In this document: positions 1 through 11,241 of the stretch, piece after piece
How the letters are laid out: every line of letters starts with the position of its first letter
Position numbering within the stretch: position 1 is the stretch's first letter
NCBI GenBank assembly: GCA_025558095.1
Contig: JAIVFI010000009.1
Span: 744,001 to 808,000, forward strand
Source: Hyaloraphidium curvatum SAG 235-1
Lineage: Eukaryota > Fungi > Monoblepharomycota
Reading direction: 5' to 3'
Length of the DNA: 64,000 nucleotides
Position numbers and translations under genes: made by a program
Notes under the pieces: model-generated
What the model was told of the DNA's origin: nothing
Databases searched by the model: none
What the model saw: only the letters and a program-made list of their open reading frames with translations

Positions 1-257
1 CACGTTCCGGTTGCCAACCATGACTTTCGCGCCCATGTCGAGGAGCCGCTCGACGATGGCACGACCAATGCCTGGGGAATACAGTGCGGTCAGGCCCGCG
101 CAGGCCGTGGCCTAGAAGGTGCCGGGACCGCGGGCGGTTGCCGACGGACGCAGTAGTGCGCTCCGACGGGGACGCCGCGGGGTCGTCGAAACTCGCCTTC
201 GGTCCCTCCCGTGACGATGACGACCTTGTCCTTCATTCCGTTAGGCTGTGCAGACAT
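1..257 (-). CDS. Short-chain dehydrogenase/reductase, 5' part (runs off window start)
   Basis: MSAQPNGMKDKVVIVTGGTE|GIGRAIVERLLDMGAKVMVGNRN after removing a GC-AG intron (196..72); TGxxxGIG Rossmann motif. Confidence 0.8.
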
Positions 258-698
258 CGGATTCCTGCCAATATGTCGAACGTGAGTCAGGCGGGAGTCA
301 GTCAGGTGAGGGAGGACCTTGGGATGAGACGATTCACTGGACCCCACCGCATTCTTGCTGACTATCAAGTGTGAGGCCAAGCTCCTGATCTAGACGGTCA
401 TTGTAGTCGTGTGATACTCCCTCTCACTTACTCTGCGGCCGACCCGCTCGGCGCTGAGCTGCAACAGATCCCCATACGGAGACATTCCGCGGACGAATGA
501 TCATCAATTGGGCATTCACTTGAATCCTTGAGATCCACTCCACTTCGACTGATGCGGGTGTTCGATGTCGGCATCGTGGAACCTCCGCTTGCCTTCCGAT
601 CAACAAGCAACGCGGCGCCGCGATCTTGCCGCCCTCTGCGCGGTGGTCTCTCCGACTAGCGGCCCCCTTTATATTTCCTTTGCTTCTCCTGTTCCGCG

Positions 699-1464
699 AT
701 GCCCAACGCCATCCCCTCCGCGGCCGCGAAAACGGCGCACGAGGCCGCGCACGAGGGCGACCTCCCCGCGCTCCGGTCCCTCGTCGCCTCGGACCCCGCT
801 GTCGTCGCGTCCAAGGACGGCGACGGCCGCGTGCCGCTGCACTGGGCCGTGTCGGGACGGCATGCTGACGCGGCGGCGTTCCTCCTGGGTGCGGACAAGG
901 AGGGCAAGACGGCGGACGCGCCGGACGAGAGCGGGTGGACGCCGCTGATGATCGCGTGTTCGGTGGGGGAGGAGGACATCGTGAAGAAGCTGCTGGAGGC
1001 CGACGTGGACCCGACGAAGAAGACGGATATGGGGACGACCGCGTTGGTGGGTTCTCTTGCACGTTCCCGTTCGACGAGGATCGTCTAACGCGTTCCCGAC
1101 GCGTTCCCAGCACTACGCGGCATCGAAGAACCGCCTCGAAGCGGCCGCCGCCCTCCTCGCCGCCCCGAAAAAGGCCAACGTGAACGCCCGGGACAACCTG
1201 AAGCAGACGCCGCTGCACCGCGCCGCGGGCCGCGGCAACGAGAAGATGATCCTCCTGCTCGCCGAGAACGGGGCCGACCTGGACGCCGAGGACGGCGAGG
1301 GGCGGACGCCGCTCCATCTGGCGTGCGACGAGGGCCACGGGGGGGCGGCCAAGGCGCTGCTCGAGGCGGGGGCGGACAGGGACATTGAGGACAAGGAGGG
1401 CAAGAAGCCCTTCGACCTGGCGGAAAAGAACGTTCGGGGGTACCTGGAGAAGGTCATTGTTTGA
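699..1464 (+). CDS. NAS6: Ankyrin-repeat 26S proteasome assembly chaperone (gankyrin/PSMD10/Nas6)
   Basis: Ankyrin repeats DGRVPLHWAVS, DESGWTPLMIACS, GTTAL|HYAASKN, QTPLHRAA, GRTPLHLACDEG; GT-AG intron 1047-1110 joins ORFs 699..1088 and 1057..1464. Confidence 0.85.
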
Positions 1465-1718
1465 TCCGGATGCGGATGTGGGGCCGACCCCGATGAAGCG
1501 AGTGGGCAGAGACGGCCTCCCCGGCCGAATCACTTGGAGGTAGCTAGCTTAGCATGCCTACCTTTGTCCATTCTCTGTACAGATCGATGGATACAATCGA
1601 GCCTGCGAAGCGACCTGTGCCTCTATAGGAGCGTGGCCGCCCGCACGCGCTCTAATCTCCCTCCTTTTCCCGAGCCCTCATCTCCGCAGCCGAGTGGGTC
1701 TCGGCGCGCCTCCGTCCC

Positions 1719-4700
1719 ATGGCGTCGCCGGCCGGGCTCTCTTCCACGCCGCCGGTCGTCGGCTCGCCCTCCTACGCGACGTCGCCGCCCTCCGCGTCCC
1801 TCCTCCCGGGCGCCTCGGTCCGCCAGCGGCGCATCGCGTGGTGCCCGCAGGGCGCGCTGTTCCCCGGCGCCGCAAAGGACGACAATGCGGACGACGGCGG
1901 GGAGCGGCCGCGGGGGGGCAGGGCCGCGCCGTACTTCGTCCTCGGGCTGCCGGAGTTGAAGCTGTACGAGTACCTCGGCAACGTGGGTCGATCGCGGTCC
2001 TCGGCACGATTGGCCTTCTCTGACGCGATTTCGTGCTTCCTTGACGCGCTTCCATCGTCCTCCCTCCGCGCTTTCGGCCGAATCCGCGTACGGGATACCT
2101 GCGACGCGTCGCCGGCACGCGTCTCGCTCGGCACCCCTTCACAACACGTTGCCTCTTTCTTCCTCGTTTTAACTGCCTGCCGTGTTGCAGAACCAGAATG
2201 CCTCGCACAATGCTCCGCCGGCGCGCCTGCTGGCCATCCACTCGGACTATGCCCTCCTCACCAAGCACTTTGCCTGGTCGCCGTCCCCTAGCACGCCGGA
2301 TCTGATCGCCATCGCCCAGGGCACGGGCAAGGTGGTGCTTGTCAAGCTGGGCATGTTCACGTGGCTCAGCACCGGGCCCATTGGCATCGGGGGCGCCGGA
2401 CCGGTCTCGGACACGTTCGTGCCTCCCGCGAGGCCCGATACGCCGCCGCAGCCCGCGCAGGGCACGCCGGCCCAGCAGTCGTCTCCGGCTCCTGCGGCCG
2501 CACCGTCGACCTTCTCGACCCTAACGTCGTTTATCCGATCGAGCCTTTCCTCCTCCCCGCCCACGGCTCCCCCGGCCGTACAACCGCCCGCCCTCTCATC
2601 AGCGAAGTTACTCGCCGAGTTCTCGCCCAAGCACCCGCGCGCCTGCAACGCGGTGGCCTTCTCCCCGGACGGACGGTATCTCGCCGCCGGCTACGAAAAG
2701 GTCCGCAACGACGCCGGGGTCTACGTCTGGGACCTCGAAGCCCGCGGTGACCGGGCCCCTGCCGCGCAATCCCAGCTCGCCAAATCCCTCGCCGGCACCA
2801 CAACGGCCCCCGCCGCGCCGCACCCCTTCGCCGGCGCCCACGCGCAGCCCCTCGGCCCCGCTGACCCCGTGGTCTCGCTGGCCTTCCTCTCCCCGCACCT
2901 GCTCGTCGCCGGCGTGCCGGGCAAGGGCATCCGGGGTTGGGATCTGCGGCACCACACCTCGGGCGCGCCGAGCTTCGCGATCGCGACCAAATCCATCCAC
3001 GGGCTCGCCGCGGATCCGTGGAACCCGTACCGCGTGGCCGGGTACGGGGACGACGGCGCGGTGCGGATCTTTGACGTGCGCAGGGGGGCGCTCGCGGCCC
3101 ATGCGCCGTACCCGGTGCCGGCGTCGTCGGAGCCGCTGCTCGCGCTGCCGACCGCCGACGTGTTTCCCAAGGGCGTCGCGCAGCTCTCGTGGTCGTTGGC
3201 GAGGTCGGGAATGCTCGCGGCGTCGGGCGTCGGCGCGGGTGTCGTGCGGCTCTGGGACGTGCGCGAGGCCGGAGGCGGCCCAGCCGCCGAATCGGGGCTG
3301 GAAAGCCAGCCCGTCGTCTGGCGAACAAAGACCATCCGAACCGGCAAGACCGGCGCGGCGGTCACGGGCCTGTGCTTCGTGCCCCCGCTTGTTTCGCCCC
3401 CGCGGGAGGGCAGTCCCGAGCCCGAGGCGGGGGAACCTCCCACACCCGCCGCGGGCAAGGACGCGGAGCACGGCTCGACGGCGCACAGGATCCTCGCGAG
3501 CCTGTCGGACGATACCATGGCGGTCTTGGACGTGCGGGAGGCGCAGAGGAACGCGTGGGGTGCGAGGGGGGGCAACGAGATGGCGTGGGTGGGGGGTAGG
3601 GGGGTCGTCGTTGTGGCGGAGGGGATCAGGGCGGCGGATTCCAAGGCGGGGGTGATGGCGATGGGACCGGGGACGGCGGTGGGGGAGATGGATGCGCCGG
3701 CGGTGCTGGGGATGGACGTGGGGGTGGTGATGCGCGAGAGGGCACGGGCCGGATACGGCGTCGAGGTATGTGCGTCCGCTTCGGGAGTGCATTCGCGCTG
3801 ATGCCATTCCTTTTTCGCAGCCTTCGGCGAACCTCGCGGTCTTTGCCAAGGATCCCGGGCCGTTCGGCAACGACCTGCAGCACCTGTCGGATCTATGGTC
3901 GTTCCTTGCGACGTCCAAGGAGCTCGCCACGTCGGGCGCCGCCCGCCTAGGCGACCGCGATTGGAGCTTCGCCGGTGTCGGCGAGGTCCTCGAAGACGCC
4001 CTCAAGGGATCCAACGGCACGCCAAAGGCGCTTCCTATTTCGGAACAGGCGCCTTCCGCCCCGACCCTGCCCCGGGACAATCCGCGCCAGGGCCTCCACC
4101 GCAACATGTCGATGCCCGCTTTCGGCTCCCTCCTCGACCAGAGCCTGCGCGAGGGCTTCCTCGAGGTGGCCGCGGACATGGAATCGCTTCCGTCGGACCA
4201 GAGGGCGGCCAAGGTCGTGATCGGGGAGGAGCACAAGCGGCTCGCGCTGGCCATGTGCGGCTGGGGCAGCCCGCATCCAGGATCCTCGTCCGGCGACAAC
4301 GGCGTGGACGAAGAGCTGGAAGATGCACTGCACACGATGGAGCTCGGCGGGCACTACGAGAAAGCTGCGGGCTGGGCGCTGTTCCGCGGTGCCAGCCTCG
4401 GGAGGGCGATCAAGTGCCTGAGGAGCTCGAACGAAGAAAGGCTCAAGCTGGTCGCCGTCGCGCTGTCGGCGGCGCTGCCGACGGGCACGAACCCGACAAC
4501 AGACTCGGCGGGCATCCTCGCCCGGGGCGGGTTTCCTGCCGTGTTCGTTGACCTCTGCTCGTCGCTCGCGACGGACCTGCAGGACCCGTATCTCCGAGCC
4601 ATGTTTGCCCTCGTGGCGAACGGGGGCGACTGGCACGTTGTTCTGGACGAGAAGGAGCTGCCGCTGCGCGACCGCGTCGGCGTCGCAGTGCGGTTCCTTT

Positions 4701-5578
4701 CCGACGACCAGCTCCTGTCGTACATCAAGCGCACCCGCGGCGTCATGATCCAGAGCGGCTCAATCGAGGGGATCTTGCTCACGGGCCTGCTCTCGGCTGA
4801 CGGCCAGGGCAGCACGCGGGCAAAGGACGGGATCCAGCTCCTGCAGAACCATGTGGACCGAACCGGCGATGCGCAGACGGCAGCCCTGTGCACCGCCATG
4901 GTCTACCCAGGCCGCGTGCAGGACAGGCGGACGGACGAGTGGGTGGACGCCTATCGGAGCCTCTTGGACCGCTGGGAAATGTTCCACGAGCGCGCGAGGT
5001 TCGACATTGCCCGCGGGCGGTACGCCAACTTTGCCTCCTGGAGCGCCAAGAGCTCCGTGCCCGGCACGCCGACGCTCACGCAGGTGTCGCCGCGGGGACT
5101 GTCGGTCCCGCCGCAGATTGCGGTGAGGTGCAACTTTTGCGGATCGGGCATCCAGCACCGCGTGGCGACGGGGAGGAAGGACTTCAAGGCCATCGCGTGC
5201 CCGACGTGCCGCAAGCCGCTCCCGCGGTGCTCGCTGTGCCTCATGCCTATGGGGACGTGGCCGACGAGCCTGGATACGGTGCCCGGAGGCGCAACCGCGG
5301 GCGCCGGACTGCTGAGCGCCGCCGCCAGCCCGGCCAACTCCCCGCCAAAGACCCCGATCGCGATCGTCAGCACGGCGTCGCGGAGCTCCATCAAGAAGGC
5401 GCCGTTGGATCCCACCTCGATGGGTCCCGGACCGACAGTGCCTTCGGGGTTCGACGCTTGGTTCACGTGGTGCGTCAGATGCCGGCACGGCGGACACAAC
5501 GTGCACGTGCGAGAGTGGTTCGCGGAGCACAGCGTGTGCCCCGTGACTGGATGCGGATGCAGGTGCTCTGCTCTGTAG
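1719..5578 (+). CDS. SEA4: GATOR2/SEA complex subunit MIOS/Sea4
   Basis: N-terminal WD40 repeats (RACNAVAF..LAAGYEKVRND..VWD); C-terminal CPTCRKPLPRCSLC...WFTWCVRCRHGGH..REWF..HSVCPVTGCGCRC zinc finger; introns near 1983-2190 and 3766-3820. Confidence 0.85.
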
Positions 5579-5686
5579 GGATCATCTGTTCAAAAGGCTA
5601 GGGATACATCTTGAAAAGCTGCCCGCGGATGGTCCACGAAGTCGACCGTCCAGCAAGACCAAGGAAGAGTTCTTGATCAAGAGTAC

Positions 5687-6287
5687 CTAAGCTTCGCTGC
5701 GCAGGACCCGGTACCTGCAGATCAGGACCCCGGTCTTCGCGACCTTGGACGAAAGGAGTTCGAAGCGCCTAGCCTCGCCGTCGGAGGGGAAGATGCTCTT
5801 GCCGCCGCCGAGGATGATGGGCTCGATCATCAGATTCAGCTCGTCTACGAGACCCTCGGCGATCAGAGCTGACCAGCTGCGTGCTTCCCCAGATCTGGGC
5901 GATCCCGCCCTCGCGCGAACGGAGCTTCTCGATCTCCTCGCGGAGATTCTTGGGGTCGATGATCGTCGTGGGGGGCCACTTGTTGACGTCCTCGAGCCTG
6001 AGCGTCGAAGAGACGACGATCTTTTCCATGGCGTTCGACTTGTCGGCGAAGGGGTCCCCCGCCCTCTTGGGCCAGAAGTTGGCCATGGTCTCGTACGTGC
6101 GGCGACCATAGAGGAGCACCGTCGTTTCCTCCATGTCGGCGTCAACTTGCTTTCCCATGACGTCGGTATCGAAGAGAGGCATGGACCAGCCTCCGTGGCG
6201 GAATCCTCCGGAAGTGTCCTCGCCGGGCCCACCGGGCGCCTGCACGATTCCGTCGAGGCTCATGAAGTCGCTGACGACGATGCGCAT
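5687..6287 (-). pseudogene. Bacterial-type dihydrofolate reductase/RibD C-terminal family protein with a frameshift
   Basis: MRIVVSDFMSLDGIVQAPGGP..GGW..LLYGRRTYE..WGSTQLV in one frame; ALIAEGLVDELNLMIEPIILGGGKSIF continues in another; shift at ~5868; no intron signals. Confidence 0.75.
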
Positions 6288-6791
6288 GGTCGAAACGGAG
6301 TCTTGCAGCGAGTCTCCTTGGCTTCCTTCGCAAGAGCAGCCCGTTCTTCTTGTAGCGGCAGAATCGCAGTTGGTGCAGGGCGGAACGCGAAATCGCCGGA
6401 ACGCCACGTCATTGACAAGCTCCCCAATCCCGACTAATCCACGATCGGACTCGAGAAATGGGAATAAGGCTCGGCATACTTCATTATTAACGTCATCCAG
6501 ACATCGAAGGTGCTGTTGGATTCGCCATAGAGGTAGGATTGTCGAGAGCGGCTGGGCCTCTTCGTGTCGATTCAGCGTCCTTCTGAGCTCTGTTTTCCTC
6601 TCGGCCCCGACGCATCCAGCTCGTGCCTCAAATCTTCGCTCTTTGTGTCGTCTCGTCTGGTTTTCTGTCTCAAGTCTTGGACTTGGGCGCCGAGAGGTTT
6701 GGCGTCGATCTCGGGGAGTTTGCCGCCAGCCGCCACTTCGTGGGAGACGGTTCCTGAAGTGCCCTGAGGGTCCGCCTGCCCCAGCGCCGCC

Positions 6792-9137
6792 ATGTCGGAC
6801 TCTTCCCGCGTGATCCCCGGCTACGTGCCGACCACCCTTTTGGACCCGGCCGAGGCGCGCCGCTACCGCGCCGATATGCCGTTGGCCGAGAAAATGCCGC
6901 ACAAGTTCCCCCCTTGCCCTCCTCTCGGATGCACGATGGACGAGTACTTCAAGGGCCAGGACGCCGGGGGAAAGCTGCCGCCTGACCCCAAGTTCGACCG
7001 GACGGACCCGTTCGGGTGCTATGCCGGGTACGACGTCGTCACTCCGCAGACGCACCCCGTCGAGCCCCTGTACCTGCCGGAGCCGGAGCGGCGTTTCCAC
7101 GGGCTCAGCGACCCTCCGGAGTACACGGTCGAGAATCCGAGGCCCGTCGACATCGTGTTCATCGGCGGGGGCTTGGCGGGGATCGAAGCCGCAATCATGT
7201 TCCAGTGGCGGCTCAAGAACGCCAAGTTCCGGATCTACGAGAAGAATCCGGAAGTCGGAGGAACCTGGTGGGGTGGGTGTAGCGTTCGCGGACGAGATCC
7301 TTTGCGTCCGCTCACCGTGTCTCCGTCGTGGTCTTCTCGCCCGCAGACAACCGCTACCCGGGCCTGCGCTGCGATGTGCCCTCCTTCGCCTACACCTTTC
7401 GCTTCGAGAACAACGATTGGTCGGAAGGCTACGCGCAAGGGCCAGAGATACAAAAATACTTTGCGCGCGTTGCAAAGAAGTACAACGTGCTCAACGTGAT
7501 GACGGTGAACGCCGAGGTCCGGGTGCTGGAGTGGCAGGAGGGCAAGAAGCGGTGGAAAGTCGGGGTCGAGATCACGCAGCGGGACGGGACGGGGAAGGAA
7601 ATCGGGAGGGAGATGAAATGGGACGAGGCCGACTTTGTTATTAATGGTACGTGGTTCGTTTGCGGCACCCGGTTTCGATCGGCTCACCGTGGGGCCAGGC
7701 ATGGGATTCTTGAACCGCCCAAAGGATCCGTTAGTTCGACGATTGTTCGCGAGATCGCTTTCTGACCCCCGTTTTGTCCAGCGACATCCCCGGCTTCAAG
7801 AGCTTCCGCGGCATCGTCGCCCACACCGCGCGCTGGCCGCGCGACCTCGAAATCAAGCCCACGCACCGCGTCGGCATCATCGGAACCGGCTCCTCGGGGC
7901 TGCAGGTAGCCGGGGCCATTGCGCCCAAGGTCAACCAGGGGCACCTCGAGATCTTCCAGCGGACGCCGAGCTACATCCTGCCCGAGCAGGCGCCTTTGGC
8001 CTTTACCCCGGAGCAGAAGAAGCAGCTCGTGCGTCGGACTTTGTCGCGACGTCGTCCGTTTTCTCATTCGTTGGGCTTCCGCAGCTGGACAGAAAGTTCT
8101 TCTGGCGTTACACCATGGACGGTTTCTCCGGCGCCGAAAGGTTCTTCAGCGTCTATTTCCCCGGATCCAAGAACCAGGTCGGCGTGCTCGAGCGTGCGAG
8201 GAAGTTCATGCGCGAGAGCATCAAGGACCCCGCGCTTCTCAAGAAAATGGTGGGTTTCTTGCCCTCGAAGCTTACCGTTCGCGGCTCACTAGTGTGATCG
8301 TACAGCTGCCTGACTACCCGATCGGCTGCCGTCGGCTTACCTTCACCCGACCTTTCTTGGAAGCGTACGTACCAGTCACGCTTCGTCCCGTTGGTTCACG
8401 CTCATCCGCCCGCCGCAGCATCCACATGAAGCACGTCAACGTCAACGTCGACCCCATCGTGCGCATCGACGAGACCGGCGTCGTCACCAAGGCCAAGGCG
8501 CCCGGCTCACCCGAGGTCCACACGCCAATCGACATCCTCGTCTGCGCGACCGGGTTCGACACGTCCTTCACCACGAAGCGGATGAAGATAACGGGGCGTA
8601 ACGGGAAGGATCTTTGGGACGCGTGGGTGTTCCGAGGGCCAGCTGGTGTTGCGACGCTCATCGGTTTTCCTTGGACAGATTCACGCCTTGGCCCAAGGCC
8701 TACAGATCCGTGACCGTCCACGGGTTTCCCAACTACTCGTGAGCCGTCTGATGCCGGCATCTGTGGCCGCTCCGCCTGACCACCGTCAACTCCGAAGGTT
8801 TACGATGGGACCCGCAGCGCCGCTCGCACACAACTCCATCTACAATTCGGTCGAGAACCAGATCAATTACGCGCTCCAGATGATTGTGCGTTGGCAGTGC
8901 GACCCGACGATCCTGTCGTACGAGGTGAAGCATGAGGCCGTCGAGGAATTCAACCGCGAAGCGCAGGAGTTCCTCAAGAACACTGTCTGGGTGGAGCAGT
9001 GCGGAGGCTGGTATAACGACCGCAACAAGGGGTACCTCCTGCAGTGGCCCGGGAGCGGCATGCACCACATGCTGTCGCTCAAAACGCCCGAGTACGACGA
9101 CTACGAGATTGAGAGGAAGACAGACGCCAGACTGTAG
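6792..9137 (+). CDS. Flavin-containing (Baeyer-Villiger type) monooxygenase, multi-exon
   Basis: GGGLAG, EKNPEVGGTW, NRYPGLRCDVPS, F.G..AHTARW fingerprint, GTGSSG, CATGF, C.GWY...WPG; ends -ARL. Confidence 0.85.
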
Positions 9138-9195
9138 AGAGCGATGTTGCAGACATGTACAGTGTACAGTGCTGAAGAAAGTGTGGTTGGCTCGG

Positions 9196-9545
9196 TCACA
9201 TCTGCGTCCGCCAGACCTTCGGCATCTCGGTCGCCATCCAGTTCACCCAGTCGCCGGTGGGCACTTCAACGAGCGTCCGCGGGTTGTACGCCTCCCTCAT
9301 CCTCCCCACGACGTCGGGCTGCTTCACGACGTAGATCCACGCGTCTTTGCGCTCGCTCTGACCGCCGTCCATCTCCACCGGCACGACTATCCGCGTATAA
9401 TGATTGGGGTGGCCCTCGATGTAGTCAAGCATCCTCAAAGCGTCCGGGCCCACGGTCCACAGATCGCCCCAGATCCGGGCCGGTGCACCGGGCGGGACCA
9501 AGGCCTCGCAGAGCAGATATGGGAACCGTCCGCTTTTGAATCCGT
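9196..9545 (-). pseudogene. Gamma-glutamylcyclotransferase (AIG2/GGACT-like), 3' part, separated by insertion
   Basis: (YG)FKSGRFPYLL..IWGDLWTV..LDYIEGHPNHYTRIVV..AWIY; joins in frame to 14217-14366 when the element and one TSD copy are removed. Confidence 0.85.
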
Positions 9546-9664
9546 AGGCAGAGGCAGAGGGGGAAGTTGGACGAGGGGACTGTCCTCCGTCGCTTCGCTC
9601 CGTCGTCGGCCCCTCGTGGCCGGTTAGGCCTGGACCGGAGGTCCTTATGACGTCTCCCTGTGCG
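9546..9664 (+). repeat. Left terminal inverted repeat
   Basis: AGGCAGAGGCAGAGGGGGA...CTCCGTCGCTTCGCTCCGTCG...GGCCGGTTAGGCCTGGACCGGAGGTCCTTATGACGTCTCCCTGTGCG; matches reverse complement of 14097-14216 (first 19 nt identical). Confidence 0.93.
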
Positions 9665-10160
9665 ACAGCTCCCTTGGCTCTCGTTCCTCTCTCCCGTCTC
9701 CTGTTGCCGGATGGGGGGAGTGGGGGGTCTCCCCCCCCCAAGGCTCCCGACCGTGCGAAGCAAGGAACTGCTGCGCGGAGCGCCGGGGGTTGTAGGGGGT
9801 TCCCCCCTACGCCGGGGTTCTCCCCTACCTTGAGTCGCTTTACTTTGCTTAGCGTATGCTTTAGCATTTGCTAAGGTCTTTTCAAACACCTTTCATAGGT
9901 AGAACTTAGGTGTTTACTTTTAACTTTTTCTTACACATTTCATACTTATAGGTGCCTTAGGTGGGTATTTCAAGATTTCATTCGTATATTTTGTTCCTTT
10001 GGTTGTTTCCTCTCTTTTGGGGGGAGCGGCGCTGGATCCCGAGAGTCCCACCTAAGCACCTAAAAGATCTAAATCATTCTCTTACCTAGTCTTCGTGACA
10101 GTTTCTTCAATCCTATGCTTCCGTGGTTGCCCATTGCGCTTCGTTGTTTCCCTCTCACCT

Positions 10161-10315
10161 ACGCGTCTCTTTTCTGAGACCTCTACGCGTCGCGCCCACA
10201 CGCCCTCTCACTCTTTCGGACGCTTTGCTTTCGGACCCTGTTGCCGCATCTCGTTCGGACGCCTCTCTCACTTGGACGTGCTCTCAGAACGCGTCGCTCT
10301 TGCCTTGGACGCGTC
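10161..10315 (+). promoter_or_regulatory. Cluster of four ACGCGTC motifs (MCB-like) upstream of the caspase-like gene
   Basis: ACGCGT at 10161, 10185, 10289, 10309; ATG at 10330. Confidence 0.35.
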
Positions 10316-10329
10316 CCTTCCTCCCCCCA

Positions 10330-11014
10330 ATGGATTCGGACACGCAAATGGACACTGTCATGCCTACTCTCGTCATTTTTGCACCTGGCGACGGATATAC
10401 TCCGGACGTCATCGAGTATGATTGGCGCCGTCTTCAGACACATTGGGCCAAAGGTATGGTTGCGCATCCCGCCCCTTGAGTTCGTACTTACGACTTTAGA
10501 TCCCCATACCATTCAAGGCTTTCTGGCTTACTCTGCTGGGCAGGCTCTTCAAGAAATTATCAAGTTCGTGTCAACCCAATCACCGCAGAATCTTCGTCTC
10601 TGCTACAGCGGACACGGTGCAGATAACCAGCGCTATCGCATTGTTGCAACTCCGTTTGGCCTACCTTCTTATCACCGGACCTCTGGGCACCACGGCTGGA
10701 TCTTCCAAGATGACTCCATTCTGACCTTTTCTGACCTCTCGGATGCACTTGCTCGTACAACACGAACTTGTCCCACAAACATTCACCTGTTCGTTAATGC
10801 TTGTTTCGCTGACAGCTGGATCCCTTCCATTCAATCCCACTCTCAGTCGTCGCATTTGATCTCTTTTAAATCTTTTCACACTATTACCAATTCTGGTGAA
10901 TGTCAGTTAACCCAGTCAGGCCAACTTCTCTGGTGGAAAAAGTCCTGGTTTTCGAGAGAAGGCAGTACTCGGATCGCACAGTGGAAATGGAACACATGGA
11001 TCGACCATATATGA
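10330..11014 (+). CDS. Caspase/metacaspase-like (clan CD) cysteine peptidase, two exons, 212 aa
   Basis: Exons 10330-10453 and 10500-11014 (intron GTATGG...ACTTAC...TTTAG, 46 nt, restores frame); LCYSGHG and LFVNACF dyad motifs each following a hydrophobic strand. Confidence 0.7.
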
Positions 11015-11241
11015 AACTACCCGTCGTACTTTACTGTATCGGTGATAGTATTCGATTCGGCAAACAATGGGATTGGTACCGTATTGTTAGTAAGCACCCC
11101 GGTTCCTTTCCCGATGCTTTCAATATTACTTTGCGAAAACCCTACCGGGAGACCTTTGGTATACCTGGTGGTGAACTCCGAACTATAGAATTTGATTCAT
11201 GTAGTTCCCATTTTGATTCTCTCATCAAATCTAGTCTCTGA
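11011..11241 (+). CDS. Hypothetical 76-aa element protein
   Basis: MKLPVVLYCIGDSIRFG...; start overlaps upstream stop as ATGA. Confidence 0.35.
   Translation: MKLPVVLYCIGDSIRFGKQWDWYRIVSKHPGSFPDAFNITLRKPYRETFGIPGGELRTIEFDSCSSHFDSLIKSSL

Noticed and set aside
5769-7475. 568-aa minus-strand ORF
   Set aside because: Its N-terminal part is antisense shadow of the monooxygenase; only the portion from 6287 is protein-like.
9541-9546. 6-bp TSD TCCGTA
   Set aside because: The A at 9546 pairs with the terminal T at 14216 as part of the symmetrical AG...CT termini, so 5 bp is the more parsimonious reading.
9196-9867. 223-aa ORF, and likewise the 153-aa ORF at 14121..14582
   Set aside because: Both are chimeras of TIR sequence read into halves of the split host gene.
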